The notes below the pieces were generated by a model. The model searched no databases. It saw only the letters and a list, made by a program, of their open reading frames with translations, and was not told where the DNA came from. From the NCBI RefSeq assembly GCF_039652615.1, contig NZ_JBDJAC010000011.1, positions 15,744 through 79,743 on the forward strand: a stretch of DNA of 64,000 nt, in the 5' to 3' direction. The DNA comes from Fulvimarina sp. MAC3. GTDB lineage: Bacteria; Pseudomonadota; Alphaproteobacteria; Rhizobiales; Rhizobiaceae. The translations under genes were made by a program, and so were the position numbers. Positions 10,088 through 20,018 of the stretch are shown piece after piece. The first letter of the stretch is position 1. Each line of letters opens with the position of its first letter.

Positions 10088-11176
10088 GTGGCGGAGAGCG
10101 AAGATCGTTCCCAGAAGACGGAACAGCCGACCGAGAAGAAAATTCGCGACACGATCGAGAAGGGAAACCTTCCGACCTCTCGCGAAGCTCCGGTCCTGGC
10201 GTCTTTTCTGGCGATTTCGGCGTTCATCGCCCTGCAGGCGCGTGAGTCGGGCTATCGCCTTCTTACCACCCTGCAGACGACGTTCGATAATCCTCTCCAG
10301 TGGAAATTGGAGACAAGCCGGGACGCCCTGCATGTTCTTAGTGTGCTCAGCACCGAAGCTGCGATCTTTTTCGTGCCGGCAGCGCTCTTTCTGTGCGCCG
10401 GCGGAATTCTCGCATCCGTCCTGCAGAACCCGCCGCAAATCAACTTCGAACGGATCACGCCAAAAGCGTCCAATATTTCGCTTGGAGCCGGCTTCAAGCG
10501 CATGTTTGGCCCGCGCGGTCTGACGGAGTTCGCAAAGGCCGTGTTCAAGTTTCTCATGATCGGCGCTGTACTCGGCACCCTCCTCGTTTCCAACATGGAG
10601 ACGATGGTCCAGACGATGCTGGCCGACCCGGTCCAGCTTCCAGAACTGGTGCTCGACCTTGCGATGAAGCTCCTGTCCGGCGTCTCGATCGCGACCATCG
10701 TGCTGGTCGCCGCCGACATTGCCATGACGCGCATCCACTGGCGGCGCGACATCATGATGTCGAAGCAGGATATCAAGGACGAGAACAAGCAGGCCGAAGG
10801 CGACCCGATGGTCAAGCAGCGGCAGAAACAGATCGCCCGCGAGCGCTCCAGGAAGCGCATGATGGCGGCGGTGCCGGGGGCGACCCTCGTGATCGCCAAC
10901 CCGACCCACTATGCGATTGCCCTGCGCTACAAGCGCGAAGAAGGCGGCGCGCCGATGGTGGTCGCCAAGGGGACCGATCTCGTCGCCCTGAAAATCCGCG
11001 AGATCGCGGAAGAAAAAGAGATCCCCGTCATCGAGGACAAGCTCCTCGCAAGATCGATGTACGATCATGTCCACATCGATCAGATGATTCCCCCCGAATT
11101 CTTCAAGGCGGTGGCAGAGATCATCTATTATCTTCACACCCGCGAGGGCGCGAAGGTCGGCGTCGCAGTCGCTTGA
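10088..11176 (+). CDS. flhB: Flagellar biosynthesis/export protein FlhB
   Basis: 362 aa with a GTG start. N-terminal MAESEDRSQKTEQPTEKKIRD matches FlhB N-termini. The NPTH autocleavage motif (LVIANPTHYAIALRY) and four TM segments are present. Confidence 0.92.
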   Translation: MAESEDRSQKTEQPTEKKIRDTIEKGNLPTSREAPVLASFLAISAFIALQARESGYRLLTTLQTTFDNPLQWKLETSRDALHVLSVLSTEAAIFFVPAALFLCAGGILASVLQNPPQINFERITPKASNISLGAGFKRMFGPRGLTEFAKAVFKFLMIGAVLGTLLVSNMETMVQTMLADPVQLPELVLDLAMKLLSGVSIATIVLVAADIAMTRIHWRRDIMMSKQDIKDENKQAEGDPMVKQRQKQIARERSRKRMMAAVPGATLVIANPTHYAIALRYKREEGGAPMVVAKGTDLVALKIREIAEEKEIPVIEDKLLARSMYDHVHIDQMIPPEFFKAVAEIIYYLHTREGAKVGVAVA

Positions 11177-11290
11177 TTGAGAGCGGCCCGGCGCTTCCCA
11201 CGCGCCGGACGGGATGCCTGAGAGAGGCACCGCGGATGCCGGCATTCATCTCCGATCCGATACGAGCGGACCGAAAGCCAGCGGTTGGGC

Positions 11291-11764
11291 ATGGCGCCGC
11301 CCGTTTCAAGGGAGATTGCCACCTTAATGCTTGATGTGAAGAAGCGCGCTTCCCTTACCCGCGAGAAGCTGCTCGCCGATGCCATTCGCGAATTCGTCGC
11401 CGAATTGCGGCTCGTCGACGTCGCCGATTATGTCGCGTATCTCCGCTTCGAGAAATACGCCAATATCGCAGATATCGTCGCCTCCAGCGCCGAATTGACC
11501 CTGAAACCGGGCGTCGTGCGGTTCGCCAATTCCGGCGATGTGAACATCTCCTGGGGCACCAAGCCGATCGTGGCGCTGGCCCTCGAATTCCAGCATGACG
11601 GGGTGACCGCCCATTTCCGGCTGGAGCTCAGCGCGGCCACCGCAGCGGTCGACATCACCTATATCGACCTTGCAGGGCCTTCGGGCGGCGAGGCCTCCGA
11701 TACGGAACGGTTCGAGCGGGTCCTGAGCGATGCGCGGCTTTCGCAAAAGAGGGCGGAAGCCTGA
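11291..11764 (+). CDS. Hypothetical protein in the flagellar region (start uncertain: 11285, 11291 or 11327)
   Basis: About 157-aa ORF (…MLDVKKRASLTREKLLADAIREFVAELRLVDVADYVAYLRFEKYANIADIVASSAELTLKPG…) with balanced protein-like composition and no recognisable motif. Confidence 0.5.
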   Translation: MAPPVSREIATLMLDVKKRASLTREKLLADAIREFVAELRLVDVADYVAYLRFEKYANIADIVASSAELTLKPGVVRFANSGDVNISWGTKPIVALALEFQHDGVTAHFRLELSAATAAVDITYIDLAGPSGGEASDTERFERVLSDARLSQKRAEA

Positions 11765-11931
11765 TCTTCGAGGCCGTGCCGATCGCGATTTTCCGCCTTT
11801 CGCCCTGACAGCTTCGGGCTTTGAAGCCTGCGCCTTCTTCGGGTCGAGCAACGCCGAAGCAGGCGTTGGCTTTGTCTTCGCGAAAGCAGCCCTATCTGTC
11901 CCTTCCGCTAAGGACGGTACGGACGGACGGC

Positions 11932-12537
11932 ATGAAGCTCTTCAAGAACAACACGTCACCCTTCGCACGTGTCGCCCATGGGATGCTCATCGAGGCCGGT
12001 GCCCAGGTTGAGATCGATCTCGTCAACCAGTGGGAAAGCCCGGCCCGGCTGGTGGATCGCAATCCCGCCCAGCGAATTCCGACGCTTGAGCTCGACGATG
12101 GCACGATCCTGACCGAGGCGCTGATCATTGCGAGCTATGCCGCCGACATCGCGCCGGAGGGATCGCATCTCAAAACCATGACGCCGTGGGATTACGAGAT
12201 CACCGGGCTTGCCTTCGGGGTGTTCGACGCGGCCGTCTACACGCTCAACGGGCGCAAGATCGTGTCCGGTGAATTTGGCGATCCGGCCTTCGACGGCACC
12301 GAGATGGGTTTGCGTCGCCGGCGTTCGATGGTCAACGGCTTGAAACGCCTGGAGGGCATGACCGGAAAGCTTTCGACGAGCACGGTTGGACTTGCCGAGA
12401 TCAGCGTCGTCACCGCCCAGGGCTATCTGGCCCTGCGTTTTCCCGGTGCCGACTGGGTGCCGGCGACGCCGAAGATCGATGAATTCGTCTCGGATGTTAA
12501 AGATCGTAAGTCGATCGAAACGACGATTCCCGGCTGA
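11932..12537 (+). CDS. Glutathione S-transferase family protein
   Basis: About 201 aa from MKLFKNNTSPFARVAHGMLIEAG. It has a thioredoxin-like GST N-domain (S-P-F, and the cis-Pro region IPTLELDDGTILTES) and an alpha-helical C-domain. It is embedded between the flagellar operons. Confidence 0.7.
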   Translation: MKLFKNNTSPFARVAHGMLIEAGAQVEIDLVNQWESPARLVDRNPAQRIPTLELDDGTILTEALIIASYAADIAPEGSHLKTMTPWDYEITGLAFGVFDAAVYTLNGRKIVSGEFGDPAFDGTEMGLRRRRSMVNGLKRLEGMTGKLSTSTVGLAEISVVTAQGYLALRFPGADWVPATPKIDEFVSDVKDRKSIETTIPG

Positions 12538-12635
12538 CCCTCCGAAAACCCTTAACAATTCATTCACACGATCAGGTTCGGACAAGCGCTTCGGCCTAAA
12601 CCCGAGACAACTTGAAATCCCGTTAATGGGAGGCC

Positions 12636-13025
12636 GTGTTGGATCAGGTCTATCTTTTATCCTTGACGTCGAAACAGGCTGATTGGCTCGCACACCGGCA
12701 GGCGCTGGTGGCCGAGAACGTCGCCAATGCGAATACGCCTGGCTACACCGCCAAGGATATCACGCCGTTCGAAGAGGTTCTTCAAAACACGGCGCTCACC
12801 CAGAGAGCCTCGAACCAAATGCACCTTGCCGGTTTGGGCGGCAGCGACGGCGGCGTCGAAGCCGAGGCGACCACAGCCAGGACCTGGGGCGTCAAGCATT
12901 CCGGAAACTCGGTCACGATCGAGCAGGAGATGCTCAAGGCAGGCGAGGTCAGTCGTGACTATTCGCTGAACACCTCGATCGTCAAAAGCTTCCATCGCCT
13001 GTTCATGACATCAATCAAGGGCTGA
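12636..13025 (+). CDS. flgB: Flagellar basal-body rod protein FlgB
   Basis: 129 aa; TTG start 5 nt after the SD gggagg; motif [15 protein letters not shown]. Confidence 0.88.
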   Translation: MLDQVYLLSLTSKQADWLAHRQALVAENVANANTPGYTAKDITPFEEVLQNTALTQRASNQMHLAGLGGSDGGVEAEATTARTWGVKHSGNSVTIEQEMLKAGEVSRDYSLNTSIVKSFHRLFMTSIKG

Positions 13026-13030
13026 GCCTC

Positions 13031-13447
13031 ATGGCCGATCCTCTCATTTCCTCGCTCAAGATCGCGGCCTCGGGCATGCAGGCCCAGTCGACGCGCCTGC
13101 GGGTCGTCTCCGAGAACGTCGCCAACTCCGAGACGACGGGCAAGACGCCCGGCGCAGATCCATACGCCAGAAAGACCGTCACCTTCGCATCGATGCTCGA
13201 TCAGGTAACGGGCGCCAATCTGGTCAAGGTCTCGGATATCGGCACGGACAAGGCCGAGTTCGAATCAACCTACGATCCCGGCAATCCGGCAGCCGATCAA
13301 GACGGCTACGTGAAGCGCCCGAACGTCAACATGCTCACCGAGATGATGGACATGCGTGAGGCCAACCGGTCCTACGAAGCCAATATCCAGGTGATCAAGC
13401 AGGCGCGCGAAATCATCAACATGACCATAGACCTCCTGAGGAGCTGA
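13031..13447 (+). CDS. flgC: Flagellar basal-body rod protein FlgC
   Basis: 138 aa; [11 protein letters not shown] rod motif and C-terminal [31 protein letters not shown]. Confidence 0.92.
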   Translation: MADPLISSLKIAASGMQAQSTRLRVVSENVANSETTGKTPGADPYARKTVTFASMLDQVTGANLVKVSDIGTDKAEFESTYDPGNPAADQDGYVKRPNVNMLTEMMDMREANRSYEANIQVIKQAREIINMTIDLLRS

Positions 13448-13452
13448 TTATC

Positions 13453-13779
13453 ATGATCCCAGCGATTGGATCCTCTTTCTTCGATCCGTCCGTTGCGCAG
13501 ACCAAGGCACCGTCCGCCTCCGAAGGCATGGCGAAGGTCTCCGGGTCCCAGCAGACCACGTTCAACGAGTTTTCCGAAGTCCTGTCGCGCGTCATGGTCG
13601 ACGCGGTCGATACGGTGAAGACTGCGGAAGCGACCTCCATTCAGGGCGTTCAGGGCAAGGCCTCCACCCAGGCCGTCGTCGACGCCGTGATGAGCGCCGA
13701 GCGCACGCTTCAGACCGCTGTCGCCGTTCGCGACAAGGCAGTCGCAGCTTACATGGAACTGACCCGGATGCAGATCTAG
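13453..13779 (+). CDS. fliE: Flagellar hook-basal body complex protein FliE
   Basis: 108 aa; C-terminal VMSAERTLQTAVAVRDKAVAAYMELTRMQI is FliE-like. Confidence 0.85.
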   Translation: MIPAIGSSFFDPSVAQTKAPSASEGMAKVSGSQQTTFNEFSEVLSRVMVDAVDTVKTAEATSIQGVQGKASTQAVVDAVMSAERTLQTAVAVRDKAVAAYMELTRMQI

Positions 13780-13900
13780 GGGCCCTCGGTCCCCGGACGG
13801 TCAGTCCCGCTCTATTCCGGTTTGAGAGGATAGAGCCACAGCGGACACCGCCACGACGAAGGACGCCGGGCGTCCGGTTCCCAGGAAAAGGAGTATCGCC

Positions 13901-14683
13901 ATGCGCGCACTTGCGATCGCGGCCACGGGCATGAATGCCCAGGAAACCAATGTCGAGGTTATCGCCAACAACATCGCCAATGTGAACACCACAGGCTTCA
14001 AGCGGGCCCGGGCGGAGTTCACCGATCTCCTCTATCAGGTCGAGCGCGCCAAGGGCGTTGCGGCAGCCGGTGCGGAGGGCGTTGTTCCCGAAGGAGCGCA
14101 GCTTGGTCTCGGTGTCCGCCTTGCGGCAATCCGCAACGTCCATCTGCAGGGATCGCTGAAAGAGACGGGCAACAAGCTCGACCTCGCGCTCAATGGCGAA
14201 GGCTGGTTCCAGATCCAGGGGCCGGGCGGTGCGATCCGCTATACCCGCGACGGTGCCTTCAACACCAATGCCAACGGCCAGATCGTCACGCTCGACGGTT
14301 ATCTCGTCGATCCGGAACTGACCGTTCCGAACAACACTTCCGAGATCGTCGTCAACGAAGCGGGGCAGGTCTATGCCCGGGTCGAAGGCGAATTGCAGGA
14401 TGTCGGCCAGCTGACGCTTGCGACCTTCGCCAACAATGCGGGCCTTCATGCAGAGGGCGGCAATCTCTTCTCCGAGACGGTCGCCTCCGGTGCCCCGGTC
14501 GTCGGCGTGCCCGGCGATCCCGGCTTTGGTGTCGTGAATCAGGGCTATCTCGAAGATTCCAACGTCGATCCGGTGAAGGAAATCTCCGAGCTGATCTCGG
14601 CTCAGCGCGCCTATGAGATGAATTCCAAGATCATCAGCGCCGCCGACGAGATGGCGAGTGTCGTCTCCAAGGGTATTCGCTAA
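13901..14683 (+). CDS. flgG: Flagellar basal-body distal rod protein FlgG
   Basis: 260 aa; [35 protein letters not shown] and C-terminal [35 protein letters not shown]. Strong SD aaaggag. Confidence 0.93.
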   Translation: MRALAIAATGMNAQETNVEVIANNIANVNTTGFKRARAEFTDLLYQVERAKGVAAAGAEGVVPEGAQLGLGVRLAAIRNVHLQGSLKETGNKLDLALNGEGWFQIQGPGGAIRYTRDGAFNTNANGQIVTLDGYLVDPELTVPNNTSEIVVNEAGQVYARVEGELQDVGQLTLATFANNAGLHAEGGNLFSETVASGAPVVGVPGDPGFGVVNQGYLEDSNVDPVKEISELISAQRAYEMNSKIISAADEMASVVSKGIR

Positions 14684-14685
14684 GA

Positions 14686-15146
14686 TGGCCGGGCGTCTCA
14701 TGAAGAGCGTGCTCGCTCTCGGTCTCGGCCTTTCGTCAGCGACCGCTTCGATCGCCGCGGAGCTCGAAATGCCCGTCCCCGGTGCCGTGGTCTATGCGGG
14801 CGAGGATATCGTCGCCTCCGGAATTTCGACGCGCACCTTCATCGTCAAGGACGACAAGGTGGGGCTGTTCGTGACCTCCGCGGAGGATCTTCACGGCTAT
14901 GTCGCCCGTCGCACGCTCCTGCCCGGCAAAGCGATCCGCCGGGCCGATCTGGTCACGCCGGATGCGATCAAGGCCGGCACCAATGTGACGCTGGTCTACG
15001 AAGAGGCGGGTCTTGTCATCACCGGTCTCGGCATGGCGCTCGAATCCGGTCAGAAAGGCCAGACGATACGCGTCAGGAACAGCGATAGCGGCATCACCAT
15101 TTCAGGCCGGATCGCGCCCAACGGAACGATCGCCGTCGAAGGATGA
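14686..15146 (+). CDS. flgA: Flagellar P-ring assembly chaperone FlgA
   Basis: About 153 aa with a signal peptide (MAGRLMKSVLALGLGLSSATASIAA) and a SAF/FlgA C-domain (GQTIRVRNSDSGITISGRIAPNGTIAVEG). Located between flgG and flgI. Confidence 0.8.
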
Positions 15147-16342
15147 TGCCAGTGGTCCGCTCAGTTCTGACAGCCTTTGCGAGCCTCGCGATGGCGTTCG
15201 CGCCGGTTGCGCAGGCCGCCGACTACGCCGGCAACGCAGCGACCGGCTATATTCCGGCCGCGACCGGCTACGTGACCGGCGATCCCGCTTCGGCCGCCGG
15301 CACCGTGCGCATCAAGGACATCACCAATGTGCGCGGCGTTCGCGGCAACCAGCTCGTCGGTTACGGTCTCGTGATCGGTCTTGCGGGAACGGGCGATTCC
15401 TTGCGCAATTCGCCCTATACCGAGCAGTCGCTCCAATCCATGCTCGACCGGATGGGCGTCAACATCCGCTCCGACAAATCGGGCGGCAAGAACGTCGCCG
15501 CCGTGACGGTGACGGCCGAGCTTCCCGCCTTCATCGGCACCGGCTCGCGCATCGACGTCAACGTCGCTTCGCTCGGCGATGCGTCCTCGCTCATGGGTGG
15601 TACCCTCGTCATGACGCCGCTCTACGGCGCCGATGGCGAGATCTACGCGGTGGCTCAGGGCCCAGTCGCAGTGACCGGCTTCACGGCCGAGGGCGCGAGC
15701 GAGACCGTGACGCAGGGCGTGCCGACGGCCGGCCGCGTGCCGAACGGGGCCTTTGTCGAGCGCGAAGTTCCGGGCCAGTTCTACGACGACGGCCAGCTCG
15801 CGATGGAGCTCAACAATCCCGACTTCAAGACGATGGTGCGCACGGTCGACCTGATCAACGCCTATGCGCGCAATCGCTGGGGCCGTCCGGTCGCAAGGGA
15901 AGAGGACTTCCGCACGCTGCATCTCGAGCGTCCGGCCGATGTTTCGGCGGTGCGCTTCCTGGCGGAAATCGGCGATCTTCGCGTCGATCCGGATCAGGTC
16001 GCCAAGGTCGTGATCGACGAGCGGACCGGCACGATCGTCATCGGCCAGAACGTTCAGATTTCCACGGTCGCGCTGACCCACGGCAATCTCACCGTGCGGG
16101 TGTCCGAGCTTCCATCGGTCTCCCAGCCCGCGCCGCTGTCCGATGGCGAGACCGTCGTGACCTCCGAGACGATCGTCGATGCGGGTCAGACCGGCGGAAG
16201 CTTCGCCTTCGTGGGCGGCACCGATCTGGAAACGGTGGTGCGCGGCCTCAATCGCATCGGTCTGAAACCCTCCGGGATCATCGCGATCCTGCAGGGCATC
16301 AAGACCGCAGGTGCTCTCCAAGCTGAACTGGTGGTGCAATGA
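15143..16342 (+). CDS. flgI: Flagellar P-ring protein FlgI
   Basis: 399 aa; signal peptide, then IKDITNVRGVRGNQLVGYGLVIGLAGTGD, typical of FlgI. ATGA overlap with flgA. Confidence 0.93.
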   Translation: MMPVVRSVLTAFASLAMAFAPVAQAADYAGNAATGYIPAATGYVTGDPASAAGTVRIKDITNVRGVRGNQLVGYGLVIGLAGTGDSLRNSPYTEQSLQSMLDRMGVNIRSDKSGGKNVAAVTVTAELPAFIGTGSRIDVNVASLGDASSLMGGTLVMTPLYGADGEIYAVAQGPVAVTGFTAEGASETVTQGVPTAGRVPNGAFVEREVPGQFYDDGQLAMELNNPDFKTMVRTVDLINAYARNRWGRPVAREEDFRTLHLERPADVSAVRFLAEIGDLRVDPDQVAKVVIDERTGTIVIGQNVQISTVALTHGNLTVRVSELPSVSQPAPLSDGETVVTSETIVDAGQTGGSFAFVGGTDLETVVRGLNRIGLKPSGIIAILQGIKTAGALQAELVVQ

Positions 16343-16953
16343 CAGCCCGACCGAATCTGTGCTCCTCGCTTCTTCTCGCTCTGTGCATGACGGCATCCGT
16401 TCAGGCGGCCTTCGCGGCCGGCGGCGGGGGAGGCGGCATCGCGCCGCCGGTCAACCCGGTCGACAAGGTGCGCATCATCGATGAATCTGATGGCGAGGAA
16501 CACCCGGCAGAAGAAAAGCCCATGTCGGAGGTGGAACGCTACTGCCTCAACATCGCCGACAAGGCCCAGGACGCGCGCCATGCGCTGCAGGCCAAGCAGC
16601 TGAAGGATATCGAGGGCGAGATCACCGCCAAGATCGACGAGCTTGAAACCCGGCGTGCGGAATATCAGGAGTGGATCAAGGAGCGCAAAGCCTTCCTTGA
16701 GAACGCCTCCACCATCGTCGTCGATATCTATTCGAAGATGGCGCCGGACATGGCGGCGCCTCAGCTTTCCAAGCTCGGCAAGGAAAACGCCGCGATGATC
16801 CTCGTGCGGCTCAAGCCCCGCCACGCGAGCGATGTCCTGTCCGAGATGGAGCCTAAGACGGCCGCCGAAATCGCCAGGCTGATCGTCGAGAAGACATCGA
16901 GCGATGTCGCGGACGAAACCGATAAACAGGCCGTCGCGGAGAACGCATCGTGA
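16339..16953 (+). CDS. motE: MotE-like periplasmic protein (Rhizobiaceae flagellar-motor chaperone-like), located between flgI and flgH
   Basis: 204 aa; signal peptide, Gly-run, then a charged coiled-coil region. Start and stop overlap the flanking flagellar genes by ATGA. Position matches motE of Sinorhizobium. The assignment is by synteny and composition, not motif. Confidence 0.5.
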   Translation: MTARPNLCSSLLLALCMTASVQAAFAAGGGGGGIAPPVNPVDKVRIIDESDGEEHPAEEKPMSEVERYCLNIADKAQDARHALQAKQLKDIEGEITAKIDELETRRAEYQEWIKERKAFLENASTIVVDIYSKMAPDMAAPQLSKLGKENAAMILVRLKPRHASDVLSEMEPKTAAEIARLIVEKTSSDVADETDKQAVAENAS

Positions 16954-17657
16954 CCTTCAAATACGCCGCGCCTGTCGCGCTCGCGCTTCTCGCCGGTTGC
17001 TCGACGAACAAGGATGACGCTTTTCGTGAGCCGGTGCTCTCGCCGGTCGGCTCCGGCATCTACCAGTATCCGAACCTCGTCACGCCAGCGTCGTTTCCAA
17101 AGGGTGTGACGGGTGCCAAGAATTCGCTCTGGACCGATTCCCGCGCCGATTTCTATCAGGATCCCCGTGCCCTCTCGATGGGTGACATCGTGACGGTGAA
17201 GATCAAGATCGCCGACAAGGCCTCGCTCGCCAATATGTCCGAGCGCAACCGCGAGTCGGGGGTTTCCGGCGGTGCCGATGTGTCCGGCAGCTTCGGCAAC
17301 TGGACCCTTCCGACTGTGGGCGCGACGCTCGGCCTCGACGGCGGGTCTGACGCCAAGGGCAGCGGCCGCGTGAAGCGCTCCGAGGATATCGATCTCTCCG
17401 TCGCGGCGGTGGTGACGCAGGAACTGCCGAACGGCAATCTGTTCATTTCCGGCCAGCAGGAAGTGCGCGTCAACTTCGAGGTGCGCGTTCTCTCGATCGC
17501 CGGCATCATCCGCCCGCGCGATATCCTGCCGAACAACACGATCGATTACGACAAGATCGCCGAAGCCCGCATCTCCTATGGCGGCCGTGGGCGGATCACC
17601 GAGGTGCAGCAGCCGGGCTGGGGACAGCAGGTCTACGACATGGCCGCGCCCTACTGA
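16950..17657 (+). CDS. flgH: Flagellar L-ring lipoprotein FlgH
   Basis: 235 aa; lipobox LAGC. Core sequence LWTDSRADFYQDPRALSMGDIVTVKI … ITEVQQPGWGQQVYD is FlgH-like. Confidence 0.92.
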   Translation: MTFKYAAPVALALLAGCSTNKDDAFREPVLSPVGSGIYQYPNLVTPASFPKGVTGAKNSLWTDSRADFYQDPRALSMGDIVTVKIKIADKASLANMSERNRESGVSGGADVSGSFGNWTLPTVGATLGLDGGSDAKGSGRVKRSEDIDLSVAAVVTQELPNGNLFISGQQEVRVNFEVRVLSIAGIIRPRDILPNNTIDYDKIAEARISYGGRGRITEVQQPGWGQQVYDMAAPY

Positions 17658-17766
17658 TACCGTATCCGGCTGCTTGAGCCGGGGACGGCATCGAAGCCCC
17701 CGGCGGCGCATAAGCGATTTCAAATCCGTTATCGTGAAGCGATCAAGCGGAACTCGCGTGATACGG
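17656..17766. repeat. Family-B intergenic mosaic repeat
   Basis: tgataccgtatccggctgcttgagccggggacggcatcgaagcccccggcggcgcataagcgatttcaaatccgttatcgtgaagcgatcaagcggaactcgcgtgatac, with two hairpin modules (ccggctg..gagccgg and aaatccgtt..aacggaact). Homologous copies are at 28824, 44505, 49683 and 56752. Confidence 0.8.
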
Positions 17767-17800
17767 CGCAGAACGCGCGAAAAGGCGATCCATTCGATGA

Positions 17801-17836
17801 GGCCCCGATCGGCAGATGCCGACCGGGGCCTTTTCG
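17801..17836 (+). terminator. Rho-independent terminator downstream of flgH
   Basis: GGCCCCGatcggcagatgccgaCCGGGGCC followed by ttttcgttt. Confidence 0.65.
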
Positions 17837-18134
17837 TTTGGGCGTGCCGACCGATGGATGCTGCCGGTCTTCAGCCGGGCTCTCGCATCAACGCTCGGGA
17901 AGTGCCGCCGCGCCTTCGGTGCCGTTCTCGTGGAGCGATCGTACGGATGTCGAGGACGCTGAAGACGATGACTGGGGAGGGGAGGTGGCAGGCGGGAGCC
18001 GCGATTCGCCGAGGCAAGATCATGGCGGGGCGGGGCGGCCGATGGGGCCTGCGGACATTATTCCGGCAGCCGCTTGCAAAGCCAAAGCGGCCTTTGAGCA
18101 GTCGATCAGGCGTGGAGTGATCTCATGGGGCAAT

Positions 18135-18340
18135 TCTCCGTCCGACGAATGTCTCGAACGCCGCTCGGGCTGCCAGAGGTCCCATGAAACCGATGGCTAC
18201 AAATGTCCGCTGGTATCAGACCAAATCCCTATGACGGCGTAGCGATAACTGATCTCGGCAGCGCCCCCGCGCCGCCGGTGCTCTAGCCGACATGGATGTC
18301 ATTCGTCCGGCGATACGACCGCCTTTGACAACCGTCATCC
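18135..18340. repeat. Degenerate, inverted fragments of the family-A repeat
   Basis: gtccgacgaatg…cgaacgccgctcgggctgccagaggtcccatgaaaccgatggctacaaatgtccgctggtatcag is the reverse complement of an A-element lacking one hairpin. A junction-like piece tcattcgtccggcgatacgaccgcctttgacaacc occurs at 18300-18335. Confidence 0.55.
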
Positions 18341-18419
18341 CCGCATCTGCGCGGCACGCGCACGACATTCGTCCTGCGCGAGAGGCGCATGATTGAATGT
18401 CGCGAATGATGTGGGATGT

Positions 18420-18495
18420 TGGTACGCCCAACGGGACTCGAACCCGTGTTTCCGCCGTGAAAGGGCAGCGTCCTAGACCGCTAGACGATGGGCGC
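18420..18495 (-). tRNA. tRNA-Glu (anticodon UUC)
   Basis: The reverse complement reads GCGCCCATCGTCTAGCGGTCTAGGACGCTGCCCTTTCACGGCGGAAACACGGGTTCGAGTCCCGTTGGGCGTACCA. It has a cloverleaf with D-arm TCTAGCGGTCTAGGA, anticodon loop CTTTCAC, T-loop GTTCGAG and an encoded CCA. Confidence 0.85.
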
Positions 18496-18609
18496 AACGC
18501 GGTGGTGTCTACGAGGTGTGAGCCGATCTTGCAAGCGTTGATTTTGAAAAATCGAAAAGATTTTTTGCGGCGCGTGGACAGGCTGGTCACACGACGGATT
18601 GAGAGCTCT

Positions 18610-19629
18610 TCAGCCGCGACGGCGGCAGCGCCAGTTCCACTCGCGCTTGGGTCCGGTATCGATGTGGATCGCCTGGGTGTGGCAATAGGTGCCCACCCCG
18701 CCGCGCCCCGGAAGGCTCTTCACGAAGGCAGCCACAGCCTTGCTGTTGGTGTTTGGAATGATGATGTCGGCGGCCTTGCAGGCCATGTGCTGCGAGCGCG
18801 TGGCACCTCGGACCCGCCGATTGTGCTCGGGGCTTCGATAGCCGGAGGTCACGACGACACGCTGGCCGAAGCGCTGTTCGATCGCGCGAATCATGCCGAC
18901 CAGCTGACGCGGGAAGCAGTCCGTCCGCACGCTCTCTCGCTGCACACGCAAACCGTTCGGGCTCAGCCGGGCAAACCCGCTGCCAAGGGAGGCCACCTGA
19001 TATTCCGCATCCTCGATGGCGTCTTCGTCGGCGGATGCCCGCTGACCGATCTCGAAGATCGAGTTCCGATCGACGCCCGGAAGCGATTCGTCGGCTCCGG
19101 TCGGCGCGCCCTCCCTGTTGAGAACGACCCGGCGCCCCTTGCCGCGCTCGGCGTTGGGAACCGGCGTGCGGGCTTGCTTGCGGGCGAAAAGCGACTGGAA
19201 GAGCGAACCACCGCCGCCCGATGCCGCGCCGCCCGATGAACCGCCTTCGCCCACGCGGCCGCCGGCATAGGCTGCAACTGTCTCGCCGCCGGTCGATAGC
19301 GGCACGAGGGCGCCGCCTCGTGTCTCCGTACGTGCCGGTGTCGCATCAGCGACCTGGCGGGCCGTTTCTTCGGAAATTTCAGGCTTGGGCGCGTCTTCCT
19401 CGAGCGACGAGACGTCCACTTCGGGGGCGTCGTTCACATCGACCGGCGCGCTGTTATCGGCGACATTCGCTGGCGGGGTCAGGCCGAAGGAGGTGACGTC
19501 GCTGATACCGGACATGCAGCCCGCGAAAAGCGGAGACAGGACCAGAGCGGTTCCGAGGAACGCTGTTTTCCTCAGGAGGCGTTGCTTCGCGCGGCTCGGC
19601 GGGACCGATCCCGTATCACCGCCTTGCAA
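18610..19629 (-). CDS. DUF882 / peptidase M15 (MepK/YcbK-like) lipoprotein with a long Pro/Ala/Glu-rich linker; start estimated
   Basis: C-terminal domain VVVTSGYRSPEHNRRVRGATRSQHMACKAADIIIPN…GGVGTYCHTQAIHIDTGP (Zn-binding H..D..H of M15). Signal peptide KQRLLRKTAFLGTALVLSPLFAGC (lipobox). The annotated 433-aa ORF start is not credible; a TTG near 19629 is proposed. Confidence 0.65.
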   Translation of the reverse strand: MQGGDTGSVPPSRAKQRLLRKTAFLGTALVLSPLFAGCMSGISDVTSFGLTPPANVADNSAPVDVNDAPEVDVSSLEEDAPKPEISEETARQVADATPARTETRGGALVPLSTGGETVAAYAGGRVGEGGSSGGAASGGGGSLFQSLFARKQARTPVPNAERGKGRRVVLNREGAPTGADESLPGVDRNSIFEIGQRASADEDAIEDAEYQVASLGSGFARLSPNGLRVQRESVRTDCFPRQLVGMIRAIEQRFGQRVVVTSGYRSPEHNRRVRGATRSQHMACKAADIIIPNTNSKAVAAFVKSLPGRGGVGTYCHTQAIHIDTGPKREWNWRCRRRG

Positions 19630-20018
19630 AGGGGCGGATTGAGGACGGCATGCGTCTTCGGTCGTCACTCGGTCTATTCCCTCTCCAGCAAAGCAGCCCG
19701 TTCCCACGCCGCTTTCCATGTTCGTATCCGCCCGGTCATCCCCATGACCGGTCCGGACCGATTGCGCGGGGGCACCCCTGCCGCCGCGTTCGGAACAACC
19801 TTCCCGAGAGGCAAAGCTGATCCACTCAAATACAGTCCGCAATGCGGATCGTCGGTCGAAATCCAGTGCCGGACCCGCTTGGAGTGAACGCGAGTCCCGA
19901 CAAAGAGTCAAACGGAGCCGTATAAAATTCGGCCCCGCGTCCGCTGATGATTACGAAATCTACATGATTGGAGAATGAGGCGGGTTTGTGGACTCGCCCT
20001 CATCCCCCATCGCAGGGA

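Noticed and set aside
17838-18242. 134-aa plus-strand ORF in the flgH-tRNA spacer
   Set aside because: It overlaps degenerate repeat fragments, has Gly/Arg/Ser/Asp-rich non-protein-like composition and no SD.
19630-19911. N-terminal 94 codons of the annotated 433-aa DUF882 ORF
   Set aside because: The composition is non-coding-like, and the signal peptide with lipobox begins only near 19600, so the true start is placed at about 19629.
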